DNA from: Mycobacteriales bacterium
Lineage (GTDB): Bacteria; Actinomycetota; Actinomycetes; Mycobacteriales; SCTD01
NCBI GenBank assembly: GCA_046593925.1
Contig: JBKJQN010000097.1
Location: 6,273 to 70,272, forward strand
Length of the DNA: 64,000 bases
Direction of reading: 5' to 3'
A model generated the notes under the pieces. That model saw nothing but the letters and a program-made list of their open reading frames with translations, was not told where the DNA came from and searched no databases. The stretch's first letter is position 1; the number at the start of each line of letters is the position of its first letter. The position numbers and the translations under genes are program-made. Positions 28,111 to 38,896 of this stretch are shown here, in pieces.

Positions 28111-30315
28111 CTACGCCTGCGAGGGCGCCGGGGCGCTCTCCGCGCCGGCCTCGACCGGGGTCAGGCTGATTTTTCCACGCTGGTCGATCTCGGTGATCTC
28201 GACCTGCAGCTTGTCGCCGACGTTGACGACGTCCTCGACCTTGCCGACGCGCTTGCCGTTGCCCAGCTTGCTGATGTGCACCAGGCCGTCCTTGCCCGGC
28301 AGCAGGCTGACGAAGGCACCGAACGCGGCGGTCTTGACGACGGTGCCCAGAAAGCGCTCGCCGACCTTCGGCATCGTCGGGTTGGCGATCATGTTGATGG
28401 TCGCGAGGGCAGCCTCGGCCGCCGACCCGCTGGTCGCACCGATGAAGATGGTGCCGTCATCCTCCACGGTGATGTCGGCGCCCGTGTCGGCCTGGATCTG
28501 GTTGATCATCTTGCCCTTCGGCCCGATCACCTCACCGATCTTGTCGACCGGGATCTTCACCGACAGCACGCGCGGGGCGTACGGGCTCATCTCGTCGGGC
28601 TCGTCGATCGCCTCGTTCATGACCTCGAGGATCGCCAGCCGGGCGGTACGGGCCTGCTGCAGCGCGGCGGCCAGCACCTGGCTCGGGATGCCGTCGAGCT
28701 TGGTATCGAGCTGCAGCGCCGTGACGAACTGCGGGGTACCGGCAACCTTGAAGTCCATGTCACCGAACGCGTCCTCGGCGCCGAGGATGTCGGTGAGCGT
28801 GGCGTACTCGCCGCCCTCGAACACCAGGCCCATCGCGATGCCGGCGACCGGGGCCTTGAGCGGCACCCCGGCGTTCAGCAGCGACATCGTGCTGGCGCAG
28901 ACCGAGCCCATGCTGGTCGAGCCGTTGGAGCCGAGCGCCTCGCTGACCTGCCGGATCGCGTACGGGAAGGCCTCGCGGCTGGGCAGCACGGGCAGCAGCG
29001 CCCGCTCGGCCAGCGCGCCGTGGCCGATCTCGCGGCGCTTGGGCGAGCCCACCCGGCCGGTCTCGCCGGTGGAGTACGGCGGGAAGTTGTAGTGGTGCAT
29101 GTAGCGCTTGCGGTTCTCCGGGTTGAGGGTGTCGACCATCTGCTCCATGCGGGTCATGTTCAGCGTCGTGACGCCCAGGATCTGGGTCTCCCCGCGCTCG
29201 AACAGCGCCGAGCCGTGCACCCGCGGCAGCACCTCGACCTCGGCGGACAGCTGCCGGATGTCGGCCAGGCCACGACCGTCGATCCGGGCGCCATCCTGCA
29301 CGATCCGGCGTCGCACCACGGTCTTGGTCAGCGAACGGAACGCAGCGCTGACCTCCTTCTCGCGACCCTCGAACCGGTTCGCGAGAGCCTCCTGGACCTT
29401 GGCCTTGGCGGCATCTGAGGCGGCCTCGCGGGCCTGCTTGTCGGCGACCTGCATGGCAGCCGACAGGTCGGCCTCGCCGGCTTCGGTGACGGCGGCGAGG
29501 ACGTCGTCGGAGTAGTCCAGGAAGACCGGGAACTCCAGCGGCTCCTTCGGCGACTTCGCCTTGAGCTCGTTCTGCGCGCGGCAGATCGCGGCGATCGGGG
29601 CCTTCGCAGCCTCCAGGCCCTCGGCGACGACCTCCTCGGTCGGCGCGGTGCCGCCACCGTTCAGGACCTCGTACACGTTCCGGGTGGCCTCGGCCTCGAC
29701 CATCATGATCGCGACGTCACCATCGTCGAGCAGGCGGCCGGCCACGATCATGTCGAAGGTCGCGTCCGCCAGCTCCTCGGTCGAGGGGAAGGCGACCCAG
29801 CCTGCGGCTGTCCGGGCGACCCGGGTGGCACCGACCGGGCCGGTGAACGGCAGGCCGGACAGCAGCACGGACGCGGCGGCAGAGTTGATCGCCAGCACGT
29901 CGTACAGGTGGGTGGGCTCCAGCGCGAGGATGGTGGACACCACCTGGACCTCGTTGCGCAGGCCCTTCTTGAAGGACGGGCGCAGCGGCCGGTCGGTGAG
30001 CCGGCAGGTGAGGATCGCGTCCTCCGACGGCCGGCCCTCGCGGCGGAAGAACGAGCCGGGGATCTTGCCCACGGCGTACATCCGCTCCTCGACGTCCACC
30101 GTCAGCGGGAAGAAGTCCAGGTTGTCCTTGGGGCGCTTGCTCGCGGTGGTTGCCGACAGCACCATCGTGTCGCCGAGGTAGATGGTCACGGCGCCGGCGG
30201 CCTGCCTGGCCAGCCGGCCGGTCTCGAAGCGGATGACCCGCTTGCCGCCGGGGTTCTCGATCACGGCATCGACGAACTCGCTGCCGTAGACGTAGCTCTC
30301 GTTCTCGCCCTCCAT
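28111..30315 (-). CDS. pnp: Polyribonucleotide nucleotidyltransferase (PNPase)
   Basis: Two RNase PH domains, KH and S1 ([33 protein letters not shown]). ATG 30315 has GGGAG 5 nt upstream and is preferred over the GTG at 30321. Confidence 0.95.
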   Translation of the reverse strand: MEGENESYVYGSEFVDAVIENPGGKRVIRFETGRLARQAAGAVTIYLGDTMVLSATTASKRPKDNLDFFPLTVDVEERMYAVGKIPGSFFRREGRPSEDAILTCRLTDRPLRPSFKKGLRNEVQVVSTILALEPTHLYDVLAINSAAASVLLSGLPFTGPVGATRVARTAAGWVAFPSTEELADATFDMIVAGRLLDDGDVAIMMVEAEATRNVYEVLNGGGTAPTEEVVAEGLEAAKAPIAAICRAQNELKAKSPKEPLEFPVFLDYSDDVLAAVTEAGEADLSAAMQVADKQAREAASDAAKAKVQEALANRFEGREKEVSAAFRSLTKTVVRRRIVQDGARIDGRGLADIRQLSAEVEVLPRVHGSALFERGETQILGVTTLNMTRMEQMVDTLNPENRKRYMHHYNFPPYSTGETGRVGSPKRREIGHGALAERALLPVLPSREAFPYAIRQVSEALGSNGSTSMGSVCASTMSLLNAGVPLKAPVAGIAMGLVFEGGEYATLTDILGAEDAFGDMDFKVAGTPQFVTALQLDTKLDGIPSQVLAAALQQARTARLAILEVMNEAIDEPDEMSPYAPRVLSVKIPVDKIGEVIGPKGKMINQIQADTGADITVEDDGTIFIGATSGSAAEAALATINMIANPTMPKVGERFLGTVVKTAAFGAFVSLLPGKDGLVHISKLGNGKRVGKVEDVVNVGDKLQVEITEIDQRGKISLTPVEAGAESAPAPSQA

Positions 30316-30450
30316 GGGCACTCCCTCTGCACTGCGGACCGGAGCCTGGAGAGCGGAGCCGGCGCTCAGTGGAGGCGGCCAGAGGCTGGTCTGGGCGCCA
30401 CTCCCGAGGACCGGGTCGCGCGCAACGGCGGGTCCGGCTCGTGGCGTCGC

Positions 30451-30498
30451 AGGACGGGTGTCCTACGACGAAGGGGAGCGCCCGGACGGACACTCCCC
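30451..30498 (-). promoter_or_regulatory. Two stem-loops just downstream of rpsO in the rpsO-pnp spacer (candidate attenuator / processing site)
   Basis: GGGGAG(30473-78)/CTCCCC(30493-98) with a 14-nt loop, 10 nt after the rpsO stop. AGGAC(30451-55)/GTCCT(30460-64) with a 4-nt loop. No U-tract. Function is inferred from the known rpsO-pnp leader regulation in other bacteria. Confidence 0.4.
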
Positions 30499-30508
30499 TG
30501 CGTACGGT

Positions 30509-30778
30509 CTAGCGGCGGAGACCGAGCCGCGCGATCAACGAGCGATAGCGACTGATGTCGGTTTTCTCCAGGTACTTCAGCAGGCGCTTGCGCCGGCCCA
30601 CCAGCAGCAGCAGGCCCCGGCGGGTGTGGTGGTCGTGCTTGTGCTCGCGAAGGTGTTCGGTGAGGTCGGAGATGCGACGCGTGAGCATCGCGACCTGCAC
30701 CTCCGGCGAGCCGGTGTCGCCCTCGACCGTGGCGTACTCGGCCATGATCGACTGCTTAATCGTGAGGTCGAGCGGCAC
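30509..30778 (-). CDS. rpsO: 30S ribosomal protein S15
   Basis: [51 protein letters not shown]. Start trimmed to GTG 30778 (89 aa) with GAGGAG upstream. Confidence 0.95.
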   Translation of the reverse strand: MPLDLTIKQSIMAEYATVEGDTGSPEVQVAMLTRRISDLTEHLREHKHDHHTRRGLLLLVGRRKRLLKYLEKTDISRYRSLIARLGLRR

Positions 30779-30905
30779 GGTGCTCCTCGAGATTTCTCCG
30801 GTGTGCACCCGAGGTCTGCTTCACCCGGGCATGGACGACACACCACCGGGCGTACCGGCGTAACTGAGAATAGCAGCGCGGGAAGTGGACGGACGAACGA
30901 GCCTG

Positions 30906-32102
30906 CTACCGCAGCGCGACGGTGTGCACCTGGCCGGCGCCGGCGTCGCGGACACCGGCCAGCGCGGGCACGACGGTCGGGGTCGGCGACTTACCGGTCG
31001 TCGCCACCCGGCCCAACTGTCCCTGATCGTTACGACCCCAGGTCCAGACCTCGCCGTTTCGCGCCAGGGCGATCACGTGGTCGCGACCGCTGAAGACGTC
31101 CGAGACCAGCGGCAGGCCGGCCACGACAGCGGGCGAGAGCCGGACCGTCCCGAGGGCGCTGCCGAGCTGGCCGAAGCGGTTGCGGCCCCAGGTGAAGACC
31201 CGGCCGTCAGTCAGGACGGCGACGGTGTGGTCGGCGCCGGACTCGACGCGGGACACCCCCGACACCCCGGTGACCAGCCGCGGACTGCTCTCAGCGGCTG
31301 TCGACCCGGTGCCGAGCTGGCCGTACTGGTTGTTCCCCCAGGCCCACAGCCGGCCGGTGTCGTCGACGGCGAACGTCGAGTCGCGGCCGCCGGCCACCGA
31401 CGTGACCCGCGGCGAGCCGGGCACCGCGACGCGCGCCGGCGCCGGGTGGCGTAGGGCGTCGGAGACGCCCTGGCCGAGCTGGCCGCTCCCGTTGTCGCCC
31501 CAGGTCCAGATGCTGCCGTCGTCGAGCAGCGCGACGCTGTGCGCGCGCCCACCGGCGACCTGGACGGCCCGGTGCCCGGGGAACAGAACCTCCACCGGCG
31601 ACGCCGACCGCAGCGTCGAACCACCTGCCGGGCCGAGCTGGCCACGGCTGTTCCAGCCCCACGCCCGGACCGTGCCGTCGGCCATCATTGCGAGCCCGTG
31701 GTAGTGCCCGGTCGCGACGGCCACCGCCGCCGGTGCGGCCGGCAACGCCACGGCCGTCGGAACGGTCGAGGACGGCCCGAAGCCACCACCGTCACCGACC
31801 TGGCCCTTGGAGTCGTCGCCCCAGGCGTACACGGCGCCGCCGACCAGGGCGAGGGTGAACTCGCGACCTGCCGCGACGTCGCTCGCGCCCGCCAGCACAG
31901 CCCCCGGCGCCGGCCCGCCGCCGGCCGGGCCGTTGCCGAGCTGGCCGAGGCCGTCGCCACCGAGGGTCAGCACGTCGCCGGCCGCCAGCGCCACGACGGG
32001 GGCGGCGAGCGCCGACCCCGACGCGAACAGCACGGGGGTGAGCAGCACGGCCGCGAGCAGGATTGGGCTGACCTGGGCCCTGACACCGGCTTTCACGAAC
32101 AA
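30906..32102 (-). CDS. Secreted RCC1-repeat (seven-bladed beta-propeller type) protein
   Basis: Signal-peptide-like N-terminus (ILLAAVLLTPVLFASGSALAAP) followed by repeated W-G-x-N/D-x-x-G-Q-L-G blades: YAWGDDSKGQVGDG, WGWNSRGQLG, WGDNGSGQLGQG, WGNNQYGQLG, WGRNRFGQLG, WGRNDQGQLG. Confidence 0.85.
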   Translation of the reverse strand: MFVKAGVRAQVSPILLAAVLLTPVLFASGSALAAPVVALAAGDVLTLGGDGLGQLGNGPAGGGPAPGAVLAGASDVAAGREFTLALVGGAVYAWGDDSKGQVGDGGGFGPSSTVPTAVALPAAPAAVAVATGHYHGLAMMADGTVRAWGWNSRGQLGPAGGSTLRSASPVEVLFPGHRAVQVAGGRAHSVALLDDGSIWTWGDNGSGQLGQGVSDALRHPAPARVAVPGSPRVTSVAGGRDSTFAVDDTGRLWAWGNNQYGQLGTGSTAAESSPRLVTGVSGVSRVESGADHTVAVLTDGRVFTWGRNRFGQLGSALGTVRLSPAVVAGLPLVSDVFSGRDHVIALARNGEVWTWGRNDQGQLGRVATTGKSPTPTVVPALAGVRDAGAGQVHTVALR

Positions 32103-32184
32103 CGGACCCCTTCGCTCCGGGCCCCGATGCTACGGCTGACAGCGGCGGTCGCGCGGCTGTTCGCCCACACCGCAGGCGCCCCGG

Positions 32185-33117
32185 TCACCCGACGGGCAGC
32201 GTGAGCTCCCTCGTACGGGCGACGTCCCGACCCATCTGTGCCATCAGCTCGTCAACGTCGTCGAAGCGCAGCGTGTCGCGCAGCCGTGCGGTGAACGCGA
32301 GGCCGACCTGCTCGCCGTACAGGTCGCCGGTGTAGTCCAGGACGTATGCCTCCACCCGGCGTTCCAGGCCCTCGAAGGTCGGGTTGGTGCCGATGCTGAT
32401 GGCCGCCGGGAGCTCGGCGCCCGCCCGGACCAGACGGCCGGCGTAGACACCGTCGGTGGGTACCGCGCTCCACGGCAGCGGCTGCAGGTTGGCCGTCGGG
32501 TAGCCCAGCTCGCGGCCGCGCTGGTCACCGCGGACCACGACGCCGTCGACGCGGTGCTCTCGCCCGAGCGCCCGGGCCGCCTGCTCGACGTCGCCGGCCT
32601 GTACGCAGGACCGGATGTAGGTCGAGGACCAGGTCGTGTCGGCGCTGCCGAGCAGCGGGACACCCTCGACGCTGAACCCGAACCGTCGGCCCGACGCGGT
32701 CAGCGCGGCGACGTCACCGGCAGCCCGGGCGCCGTAGTGGAAGTTCTCGCCGACCACGACCGCGGAGGTGTGCAGGTGCTCGACGAGCACCGCGTGGACG
32801 AACTCCTCGGGGGTCAGCCGACTGAACTCGCGGGTGAACGGCAGGACGCACACCACGTCGACGCCGAGCTTCTCAAGCAGGTCGGCGCGGTAGCGCTGGC
32901 TGGTGAGCATCGGCGGGTGGCTGCCCGGCCGGACGACCTCGCTGGGGTGCGGGTCGAAGGTGAGCACCACGCTCGGCACCACCAGCGCCGCCGCCCGCAC
33001 CACCGCGTGGCCGATGATCTGCTGGTGGCCGCGGTGGACTCCGTCGAAGACCCCGACGGTCACCACGCACCGCCCCCAGCCGCTCGGCGCGCTCGTCAAC
33101 CCCCGCCAGCGCAGCAT
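32185..33117 (-). CDS. ribF: Bifunctional riboflavin kinase / FMN adenylyltransferase
   Basis: VVTVGVFDGVHRGHQ...LTFDPHP...GENFHYG...GYPTANL...GTNPTF. Start reset to ATG 33117, because the upstream part of the track ORF overlaps truB. Confidence 0.93.
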   Translation of the reverse strand: MLRWRGLTSAPSGWGRCVVTVGVFDGVHRGHQQIIGHAVVRAAALVVPSVVLTFDPHPSEVVRPGSHPPMLTSQRYRADLLEKLGVDVVCVLPFTREFSRLTPEEFVHAVLVEHLHTSAVVVGENFHYGARAAGDVAALTASGRRFGFSVEGVPLLGSADTTWSSTYIRSCVQAGDVEQAARALGREHRVDGVVVRGDQRGRELGYPTANLQPLPWSAVPTDGVYAGRLVRAGAELPAAISIGTNPTFEGLERRVEAYVLDYTGDLYGEQVGLAFTARLRDTLRFDDVDELMAQMGRDVARTRELTLPVG

Positions 33118-33163
33118 GGTGCGCAGCCTGCCAGACCACGGCTCCCCCGCCAGCCGGCCACTT

Positions 33164-34039
33164 TCAGGCCGGGGCGAACACCACGCTGGCCCGGGCGACG
33201 CCGTCGGCGTCCTGCACGAGGGCGATGCACCGGCCGTCCGGCGCGAAGGCACCGACGGGGCCGGGGCGGCCGCTGGCGGCCAGTCGGCGCCCGTGCGACA
33301 GGTCGACGGCCTCGGCCTCGGCCAGCTCGCGCCGGGGGAAGGCGGCGGCCACCACCTCGTCCAGGCGCAGGACCGCGTCGTCGACGGCCGCCACCGTGCC
33401 GAGGTCGTCCAGGGAGCTGGCGCCGCTGAGCCCGAACGCCCCGACCCGGGTGCGCCGTAGCGCGGTGAGATGGGCGCCGACGCCAAGAGCCGCCCCGAGG
33501 TCACGGGCCAGCGCCCGGATGTAGGTACCGGACGACACCGTGCAGCTCACATCGACGTCGTCACCGCGGCGCGCGAGCACCTCGAAGCGCGCCACGACGA
33601 CCCGCCGGGCGGCGAGCTCGACGGACTGGCCGGCGCGCACCCGGGCGTAGGAGCGCACGCCGTCGACCTTGACGGCCGACACCGAGGACGGCACCTGGTC
33701 CAGGGTGCCGGTGAGCATGTCGACAGCGCTCTGCAGGGCGGCGCCGGTGACGCCCGACGCGTCCCGCTCCGCGACGACGTCACCCTCGGCGTCGTCGGTG
33801 ATGGTCGTCGCGCCGAGCCGCAGCGTTGCCTCGTAAGCCTTGTCGGTCAGCGCCAGGTGGCCGAGCAGCCGGGTGGCGCGGCCGATCCCGAGCAGCAGGA
33901 CGCCGGTGGCCATCGGGTCCAGGGTGCCGGCGTGGCCGACCTTCCTGGTCCGAGTCAGTCGCCGGCCGCGGGCGACCACGTCGTGGCTCGTCCAGCCAGC
34001 CGGTTTGTCGACCACCAGCAGACCGTCCGGCGCGCTCAC
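33164..34039 (-). CDS. truB: tRNA pseudouridine(55) synthase
   Basis: GLLVVDKPAGWTSHDVV...KVGHAGTLDPMATGVLLLGIGRATRL. GTG 34039 is in a GTGA overlap with the nrnA stop. Confidence 0.93.
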   Translation of the reverse strand: MSAPDGLLVVDKPAGWTSHDVVARGRRLTRTRKVGHAGTLDPMATGVLLLGIGRATRLLGHLALTDKAYEATLRLGATTITDDAEGDVVAERDASGVTGAALQSAVDMLTGTLDQVPSSVSAVKVDGVRSYARVRAGQSVELAARRVVVARFEVLARRGDDVDVSCTVSSGTYIRALARDLGAALGVGAHLTALRRTRVGAFGLSGASSLDDLGTVAAVDDAVLRLDEVVAAAFPRRELAEAEAVDLSHGRRLAASGRPGPVGAFAPDGRCIALVQDADGVARASVVFAPA

Positions 34040-35043
34040 ACCGGCAGGTGCGGCGCCTGGGCCAGCCGGGCGCGGACCACGGCCAGCGTTTCGGCGACGT
34101 CGCCGTACGACGTGAAGCCCGCGGCGAACCGGTGGCCACCGCCGCCGAGGGCCATACAGACCGCCCCGACGTCGATCGCGCCCTTGGACCGGGTCGACAC
34201 GCGGTAGCAGCCTTCGGAGGGGTCGCACTTAAGGACCAGGGCCACCTCGGCCTCCTGCGCGGTACGAAGGACATCGATCACACCCTCGACGTCAGCCAGA
34301 CCTAGACCGTGGCGGTCGAGGTCGACACCTTCCACGACGCTCCAGGTGAGGCCGAGGCCGCTGGCGGCGGCGGGCTCGAGGACCGCCCGGGAGCAGACGT
34401 CGCCGAGCAGGCGCACAAAGCCGAAGGGCTGGCTGTCATAGACCGCCCGGCTGATCAGGTCGGGCCGGATACCGGTCGCGAGCAGCCGCGCGGCCAGCTG
34501 GTGCACCGATGGCGAGGTCGACGCGTGCTTGAACGAGCCGGTGTCGGTGAGCAGCCCGGTGTAGAGCGACGCGGCCGCGGACTCGTCGACGGGCAGCCCG
34601 AGCCGATCCAGCAGCTCCGTGACCACGACGGCTGTGGCGGCGGCACCGGGGTCGACCAGGTGCGCCGTGCCGTACCGCGTGTTGCTGGCGTGGTGGTCCA
34701 CGACCAGTACCGCCCCGGCATGAGACACCCGGTTGGCGAGCAGGCCCAGCCGGTCCGCGCTACCGGTGTCAAGAGTGACCAGCAGCGCAGGTGTCTCGGG
34801 CACCTGCTCGGCCGGCACCAGCAGGTCGAGGTCGAGAAGGAAGCCGTACGCGTGGGGCACCTCGAACGGCTCGCTGCCCCAGGACGCGACGACCCGACAG
34901 CCGCGACGTCGTAGCGCACCGCCCAGCGCGATCATCGAGCCGAGCGCGTCACCGTCGGGCGCGACGTGACAGGCCAGCACGACGTCCTCGCAGCCCGTGA
35001 GCAGTGCGGTGGCCTGCGCCCAGTCCTCCTCCGGGATACTCAC
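34036..35043 (-). CDS. nrnA: DHH/DHHA1 phosphoesterase, NrnA-type oligoribonuclease / pAp phosphatase
   Basis: LACHVAPDGDALGS, VDHHASN, GGGGHRFAAG (DHHA1). Positioned like Mtb CnpB (Rv2837c). Confidence 0.88.
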   Translation of the reverse strand: MSIPEEDWAQATALLTGCEDVVLACHVAPDGDALGSMIALGGALRRRGCRVVASWGSEPFEVPHAYGFLLDLDLLVPAEQVPETPALLVTLDTGSADRLGLLANRVSHAGAVLVVDHHASNTRYGTAHLVDPGAAATAVVVTELLDRLGLPVDESAAASLYTGLLTDTGSFKHASTSPSVHQLAARLLATGIRPDLISRAVYDSQPFGFVRLLGDVCSRAVLEPAAASGLGLTWSVVEGVDLDRHGLGLADVEGVIDVLRTAQEAEVALVLKCDPSEGCYRVSTRSKGAIDVGAVCMALGGGGHRFAAGFTSYGDVAETLAVVRARLAQAPHLPV

Positions 35044-35543
35044 CCGTGGGGGCCGGGGGCGTCCCGCATGCCCGGCGCCTGCTGCTCGTCCGGCGGATCA
35101 TCGCCATCGCCCTCGCCCTCCTGGGTGCGCGGGACCCGGTAGGGATCCGCGTCGCCCGCGGGCGTCGCCACCGAGGCGAGCTCCTGCACCCGCGCATCGG
35201 CCAGCCTGGCCTGTTCCAGCAGCTCCTCGAGCCGACCGGTGGTCTGCGGTACGACGTCGGCGATGAAGGCCAGCGACGGGGTGTACCGCACCCCGGTCTG
35301 CCGGCCCACCTGCGTCCGCAGCACACCCTTGGCGCTCTCCAGCGCCGCGGCGCTCTCGCTGCGGGCGCGGTCGTCACCGAAGACCGTGTAATACAGCGTC
35401 GCCTCCCGCAGGTCCGGGGTGAGCTTGGCATCGGTGATCGTCACCATCCCGAGCCGCGGGTCCTTCACCTGCAGCTCCAGCGTCGTCGCCACCACCTCGC
35501 GGATGCGCACGGCGAGCTTGCGGGCCCGCGCTACGTCGACCAT
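35040..35543 (-). CDS. rbfA: Ribosome-binding factor A
   Basis: RARKLAVRIREVVATTLELQVKDPRLGMVTITDAKLTPDLREATLYYTVFGD, plus an acidic C-terminal tail. Confidence 0.92.
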   Translation of the reverse strand: MVDVARARKLAVRIREVVATTLELQVKDPRLGMVTITDAKLTPDLREATLYYTVFGDDRARSESAAALESAKGVLRTQVGRQTGVRYTPSLAFIADVVPQTTGRLEELLEQARLADARVQELASVATPAGDADPYRVPRTQEGEGDGDDPPDEQQAPGMRDAPGPHG

Positions 35544-35547
35544 GGGA

Positions 35548-35841
35548 TCAGTCTTCCTCTCCGAAGAGCCGCTGCCGAGCCGAGATGATCTCCAGCTCCG
35601 GTCGGGCGGTCACCAGCCGCTCGCACGCCTCGAGCACCTCCCGACAGTGCCCCGCGTCCGCGGCGACCACGGACACCCCGATGAACGCCCGCCGATGCAG
35701 GTCCAGATGACCCGCCTCGGCCGCGCTGACGTCGTACTTCCTGCGCAGCTCCGCGAGCACCGGTCGCACCACACCGCGCTTCCCCTTCAGCGAATGCACA
35801 TCCCCCAGCAACACATCCACCTCCAGAACCCCCACGAACAC
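35548..35841 (-). CDS. DUF503 (YlxP-like) protein
   Basis: 97 aa: MFVGVLEVDVLLGDVHSLKGKRGVVRPVLAELRRKY. GGAGG 5 nt upstream of GTG. Conserved position between infB and rbfA. Confidence 0.8.
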   Translation of the reverse strand: MFVGVLEVDVLLGDVHSLKGKRGVVRPVLAELRRKYDVSAAEAGHLDLHRRAFIGVSVVAADAGHCREVLEACERLVTARPELEIISARQRLFGEED

Positions 35842-35994
35842 CTACGCCTCCAAGCCGCCCGCCTTTGCGCCTTCCGCCCGCACGGGTGCGGATGATTGGC
35901 CGGGGCGGGGGCGCCGCGGGGCCCGTCAGGACCGTAACGGGACGAAGTCCCAGGTCCCGAGGGCCCCGTGGCGTTCCAGCGGAGCCACCAACGA

Positions 35995-38862
35995 TCACAC
36001 CCGCGGCTTCTCCACCATCTCCCAGGTCTCGATGACGTCCTCGAGCTTGATGTCGTTGAACGACCCGAGCCCGATACCGCACTCGAAGCCGTCGCGGACC
36101 TCGGTCGCGTCGTCCTTGAAGCGACGCAACGACTCCACGGTGAGGTTGTCGGCGACCACGACGCCGTCTCGGACCAGCCGTGCCTTGCTGTTGCGACGGA
36201 TCAGGCCGCTGCGCACGATCGAGCCGGCGACATTGCCAATCTTCGGTACGCGGAAGACCTCGCGCACCTCGGCGGTCCCGAGCTGGACCTCCTCGAAGAT
36301 CGGCTTGAGCATCCCCTTCAGGGCAGCCTCGACATCCTCGATGGCCGCGTAGATCACCGAGTAGTACCGGACGTCGACGTGCTCCTTGTCCGCCAGGTCG
36401 CGGGCGTTGCCCTCCGGCCGGACGTTGAAGCCCAGGATCACCGCGTCGGACGCGGATGCCAGCGTCACGTCGTTCTCCGTGATGGCGCCGACCCCGCGGT
36501 GGATGATCCGCAGGGACACCTCGTCGCTCACCTCGATCTTGAGCAGCGCGTCCTCGACGGCCTCGACCGACCCGGACACGTCACCCTTGATAATGAGGTT
36601 GAGCTGGGTGTTCTCACCCTCCTTGAGCCGCTCGAACAGGGACTCAAGGGTCGGCCGGCCACGCGTCTGGGCCAGGCTCGCGGCCCGCTCGCGGGACTGT
36701 CGCTGCTCAGCGATCTGGCGCGCGACGCGGTCCTCACTGACGACCAGGAAGTTGTCGCCGGCGCCGGGAACGCTGGTGAAGCCCAGGACCTGGACGGGCT
36801 GACCCGGCCCGGCTTCCGCGACGGCCTCGCCGCGCTCGTTGAGCATGGCCCGCACCCGCCCGAAGGCGTCACCTGCGACGATCGAGTCGCCGACGTGCAG
36901 CGTTCCGCGGGTGACCAGCACGGTCGCGACCGTGCCGCGGCCCCGGTCCAGGCGGGCCTCGATCGCGACGCCCTGAGCCGGCACCGAGGCGTCGGCGGTG
37001 AGCTCGAGGGCCGCATCGGTGGTCAGCAGTATCGCGTCGGGCAGCTGCTCGAGGTTGAGCCCATTGCGCGCCGACACGTCGACGAACATCGTGTCGCCGC
37101 CGTACTCCTCGGCGACCAGGCCATACTCCGTGAGCTGGCCGCGCACCTTCGCCGGGTCCGCGCCCTCCTTGTCGATCTTGTTGACCGCCACCACGATGGG
37201 GACGTCGGCGGCCTGCGCGTGGTTGAGCGCCTCGATCGTCTGCGGCTTGACGCCATCGTCGGCCGCCACGACCAGAACCACGATGTCGGTGACCTTGGCA
37301 CCCCTGGCGCGCATGGCCGTGAACGCCTCGTGGCCTGGGGTGTCGATGAAGGTGATCTCGCGTACGCCGCCCTCGACCGGATGGTGTACCTGGTAGGCGC
37401 CGATGTGCTGGGTGATGCCACCGGCCTCGCCCTTGACCACGTCGGTCTGCCGGATCGCGTCCAGCAGGCGGGTCTTTCCGTGGTCGACGTGACCCATGAT
37501 CGTCACGACCGGGGGCCGAGACACCAACAGCGCGTCGTCGCCGTACTCGCCGCCGAAGGTCAGGTCGAAGCGGTCCAGCAGCTCGGCGTCCTCCTCCTCA
37601 GGCGAGACGATCGACACCTCGTAGCCGAGCTGGGCTCCCAGCATCTGCAGGGTCTCATCGGTGCAGGACTGCGTCGCGGTCACCATCTCGCCGAGCTCGG
37701 TGAACACCACCTGCACCAGCGAGCCCGGGTTAGCGTTGATCTTGTCAGCGAAGTCGGCGAGGGACGCGCCGCGGGCCAGCCGCACCGCCTCGCCGTTGCC
37801 GCGGGCGACACCGCCGCCCATCGTCGGTGCGGCGAGGTTGTCGAACTCCTGGCGCCGCTGCTTCTTGCTCTTGCGACCGCGGACCGGACGGCCACCGCCG
37901 CCGGAGCGGCCGAACGCGCCGGGCGCGCTGCCACCGCGGGCCGCGCCACCGCGCGGGCCGCCCCCGGGCCGACCGGCGAAACCGCCGCCGCCGGGACGCG
38001 GGGCGCCGTAGCCACCGCCGGCCGCGCCGCCGGGGCCACCACCGGGACGCGCGCCGGGCGCGCCGCCGGGCCGTGCACCGGGCATGCCCGGCCGGGCACC
38101 CGCCGCTCGGGGCGGGAACATGCCGGGACCGGGACGCGGACCGCCCGGACCGCCGGTGGGGCCACCCGCACGGGGCGGGAACACACCGGGACCGGGGCGG
38201 GGTCCGCCGGGCGGACCACCCGGCGCCGGGCGAGGGGCGCCGGGCCGCGGCGGCATGCCGGGCGTCGGGGCCGAGCTCGGGCCGGGGCGGGGCGCACCGG
38301 GCCGCGGCGGCATGCCGGGCGCCGGAACCGACGACGGCGCGGGCCGTGCTGCCGGGGGCCGAGGCGGCATCGACGGGGTGCCGTCCGACGGCGAGCTGAA
38401 GGGGTTGTTACCGGGGCGCGGACCCGGGGACGGCCTGGCCGGAGCGGGCGCAGCACTGGCAGCGGCGGGTTGGCCGGCGGCCGGCTGCCCGGCAGCGGGC
38501 TGCACCGGCTGCGGCGCCAGGGGCTGCTGAGATGCCAGCGGCTGAGGCGCGGACGGCCGCCCGGGGCTCGGCATCGTCGCGCCCGGGCGGGCTGCCGGAG
38601 GAGCAGCGGCCGGGAAGGCAGCCGGGGCCTGCGGGGCCGACGTTGAGGCGGGCCCTGACGCTGTTGGTGCGGACGCTGCCGGTATGGACGCAGCCGGAGC
38701 GGCGGCCGGGAAGGCCTCACGCAGCTTGCGCGCGACAGGAGCCTCGATCGTGGACGAGGCTGACTTGACGAACTCGCCATTGTCCTTCAACCAGGACAGG
38801 ACGTTCTTGCTCTCGAGACCGAGCTCTTTGGCGAGCTCGTGGACGCGGGCCTTTCCGGGCAC
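35995..38862 (-). CDS. infB: Translation initiation factor IF-2
   Basis: N-terminal [12 protein letters not shown], a long Pro/Gly/Ala-rich linker, G domain ([26 protein letters not shown]), and C-terminal domains. Confidence 0.97.
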   Translation of the reverse strand: MPGKARVHELAKELGLESKNVLSWLKDNGEFVKSASSTIEAPVARKLREAFPAAAPAASIPAASAPTASGPASTSAPQAPAAFPAAAPPAARPGATMPSPGRPSAPQPLASQQPLAPQPVQPAAGQPAAGQPAAASAAPAPARPSPGPRPGNNPFSSPSDGTPSMPPRPPAARPAPSSVPAPGMPPRPGAPRPGPSSAPTPGMPPRPGAPRPAPGGPPGGPRPGPGVFPPRAGGPTGGPGGPRPGPGMFPPRAAGARPGMPGARPGGAPGARPGGGPGGAAGGGYGAPRPGGGGFAGRPGGGPRGGAARGGSAPGAFGRSGGGGRPVRGRKSKKQRRQEFDNLAAPTMGGGVARGNGEAVRLARGASLADFADKINANPGSLVQVVFTELGEMVTATQSCTDETLQMLGAQLGYEVSIVSPEEEDAELLDRFDLTFGGEYGDDALLVSRPPVVTIMGHVDHGKTRLLDAIRQTDVVKGEAGGITQHIGAYQVHHPVEGGVREITFIDTPGHEAFTAMRARGAKVTDIVVLVVAADDGVKPQTIEALNHAQAADVPIVVAVNKIDKEGADPAKVRGQLTEYGLVAEEYGGDTMFVDVSARNGLNLEQLPDAILLTTDAALELTADASVPAQGVAIEARLDRGRGTVATVLVTRGTLHVGDSIVAGDAFGRVRAMLNERGEAVAEAGPGQPVQVLGFTSVPGAGDNFLVVSEDRVARQIAEQRQSRERAASLAQTRGRPTLESLFERLKEGENTQLNLIIKGDVSGSVEAVEDALLKIEVSDEVSLRIIHRGVGAITENDVTLASASDAVILGFNVRPEGNARDLADKEHVDVRYYSVIYAAIEDVEAALKGMLKPIFEEVQLGTAEVREVFRVPKIGNVAGSIVRSGLIRRNSKARLVRDGVVVADNLTVESLRRFKDDATEVRDGFECGIGLGSFNDIKLEDVIETWEMVEKPRV

Positions 38863-38896
38863 GGGACTCCTGTCTGGCCCGGGGCGCCCCCGTGCC
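38858..38896 (-). promoter_or_regulatory. 8-bp stem-loop enclosing the infB SD and start codon
   Basis: GGCACGGG (38858-65) pairs with CCCGTGCC (38889-96). On the mRNA the 3' arm contains the infB GTG (38862-38860), and the 23-nt loop contains AGGAG and a GGGGCGCCCC palindrome. The structure is seen in sequence; the function is inference. Confidence 0.35.

Noticed and set aside
33118-33504. 129-codon N-terminal extension of the ribF ORF
   Set aside because: It overlaps the truB 3' end and has Pro/Ser/Arg-rich composition. RibF homology begins at MLRWRGL...VVTVGVFDGVHRGHQ (ATG 33117).
35968-38646. 892-aa plus-strand ORF, one of the longest in the track
   Set aside because: It is entirely antisense to infB and Arg/Gly/Ala/Asp-rich with no recognisable domain. 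This is a typical high-GC shadow frame, and IF-2 on the minus strand explains the region.
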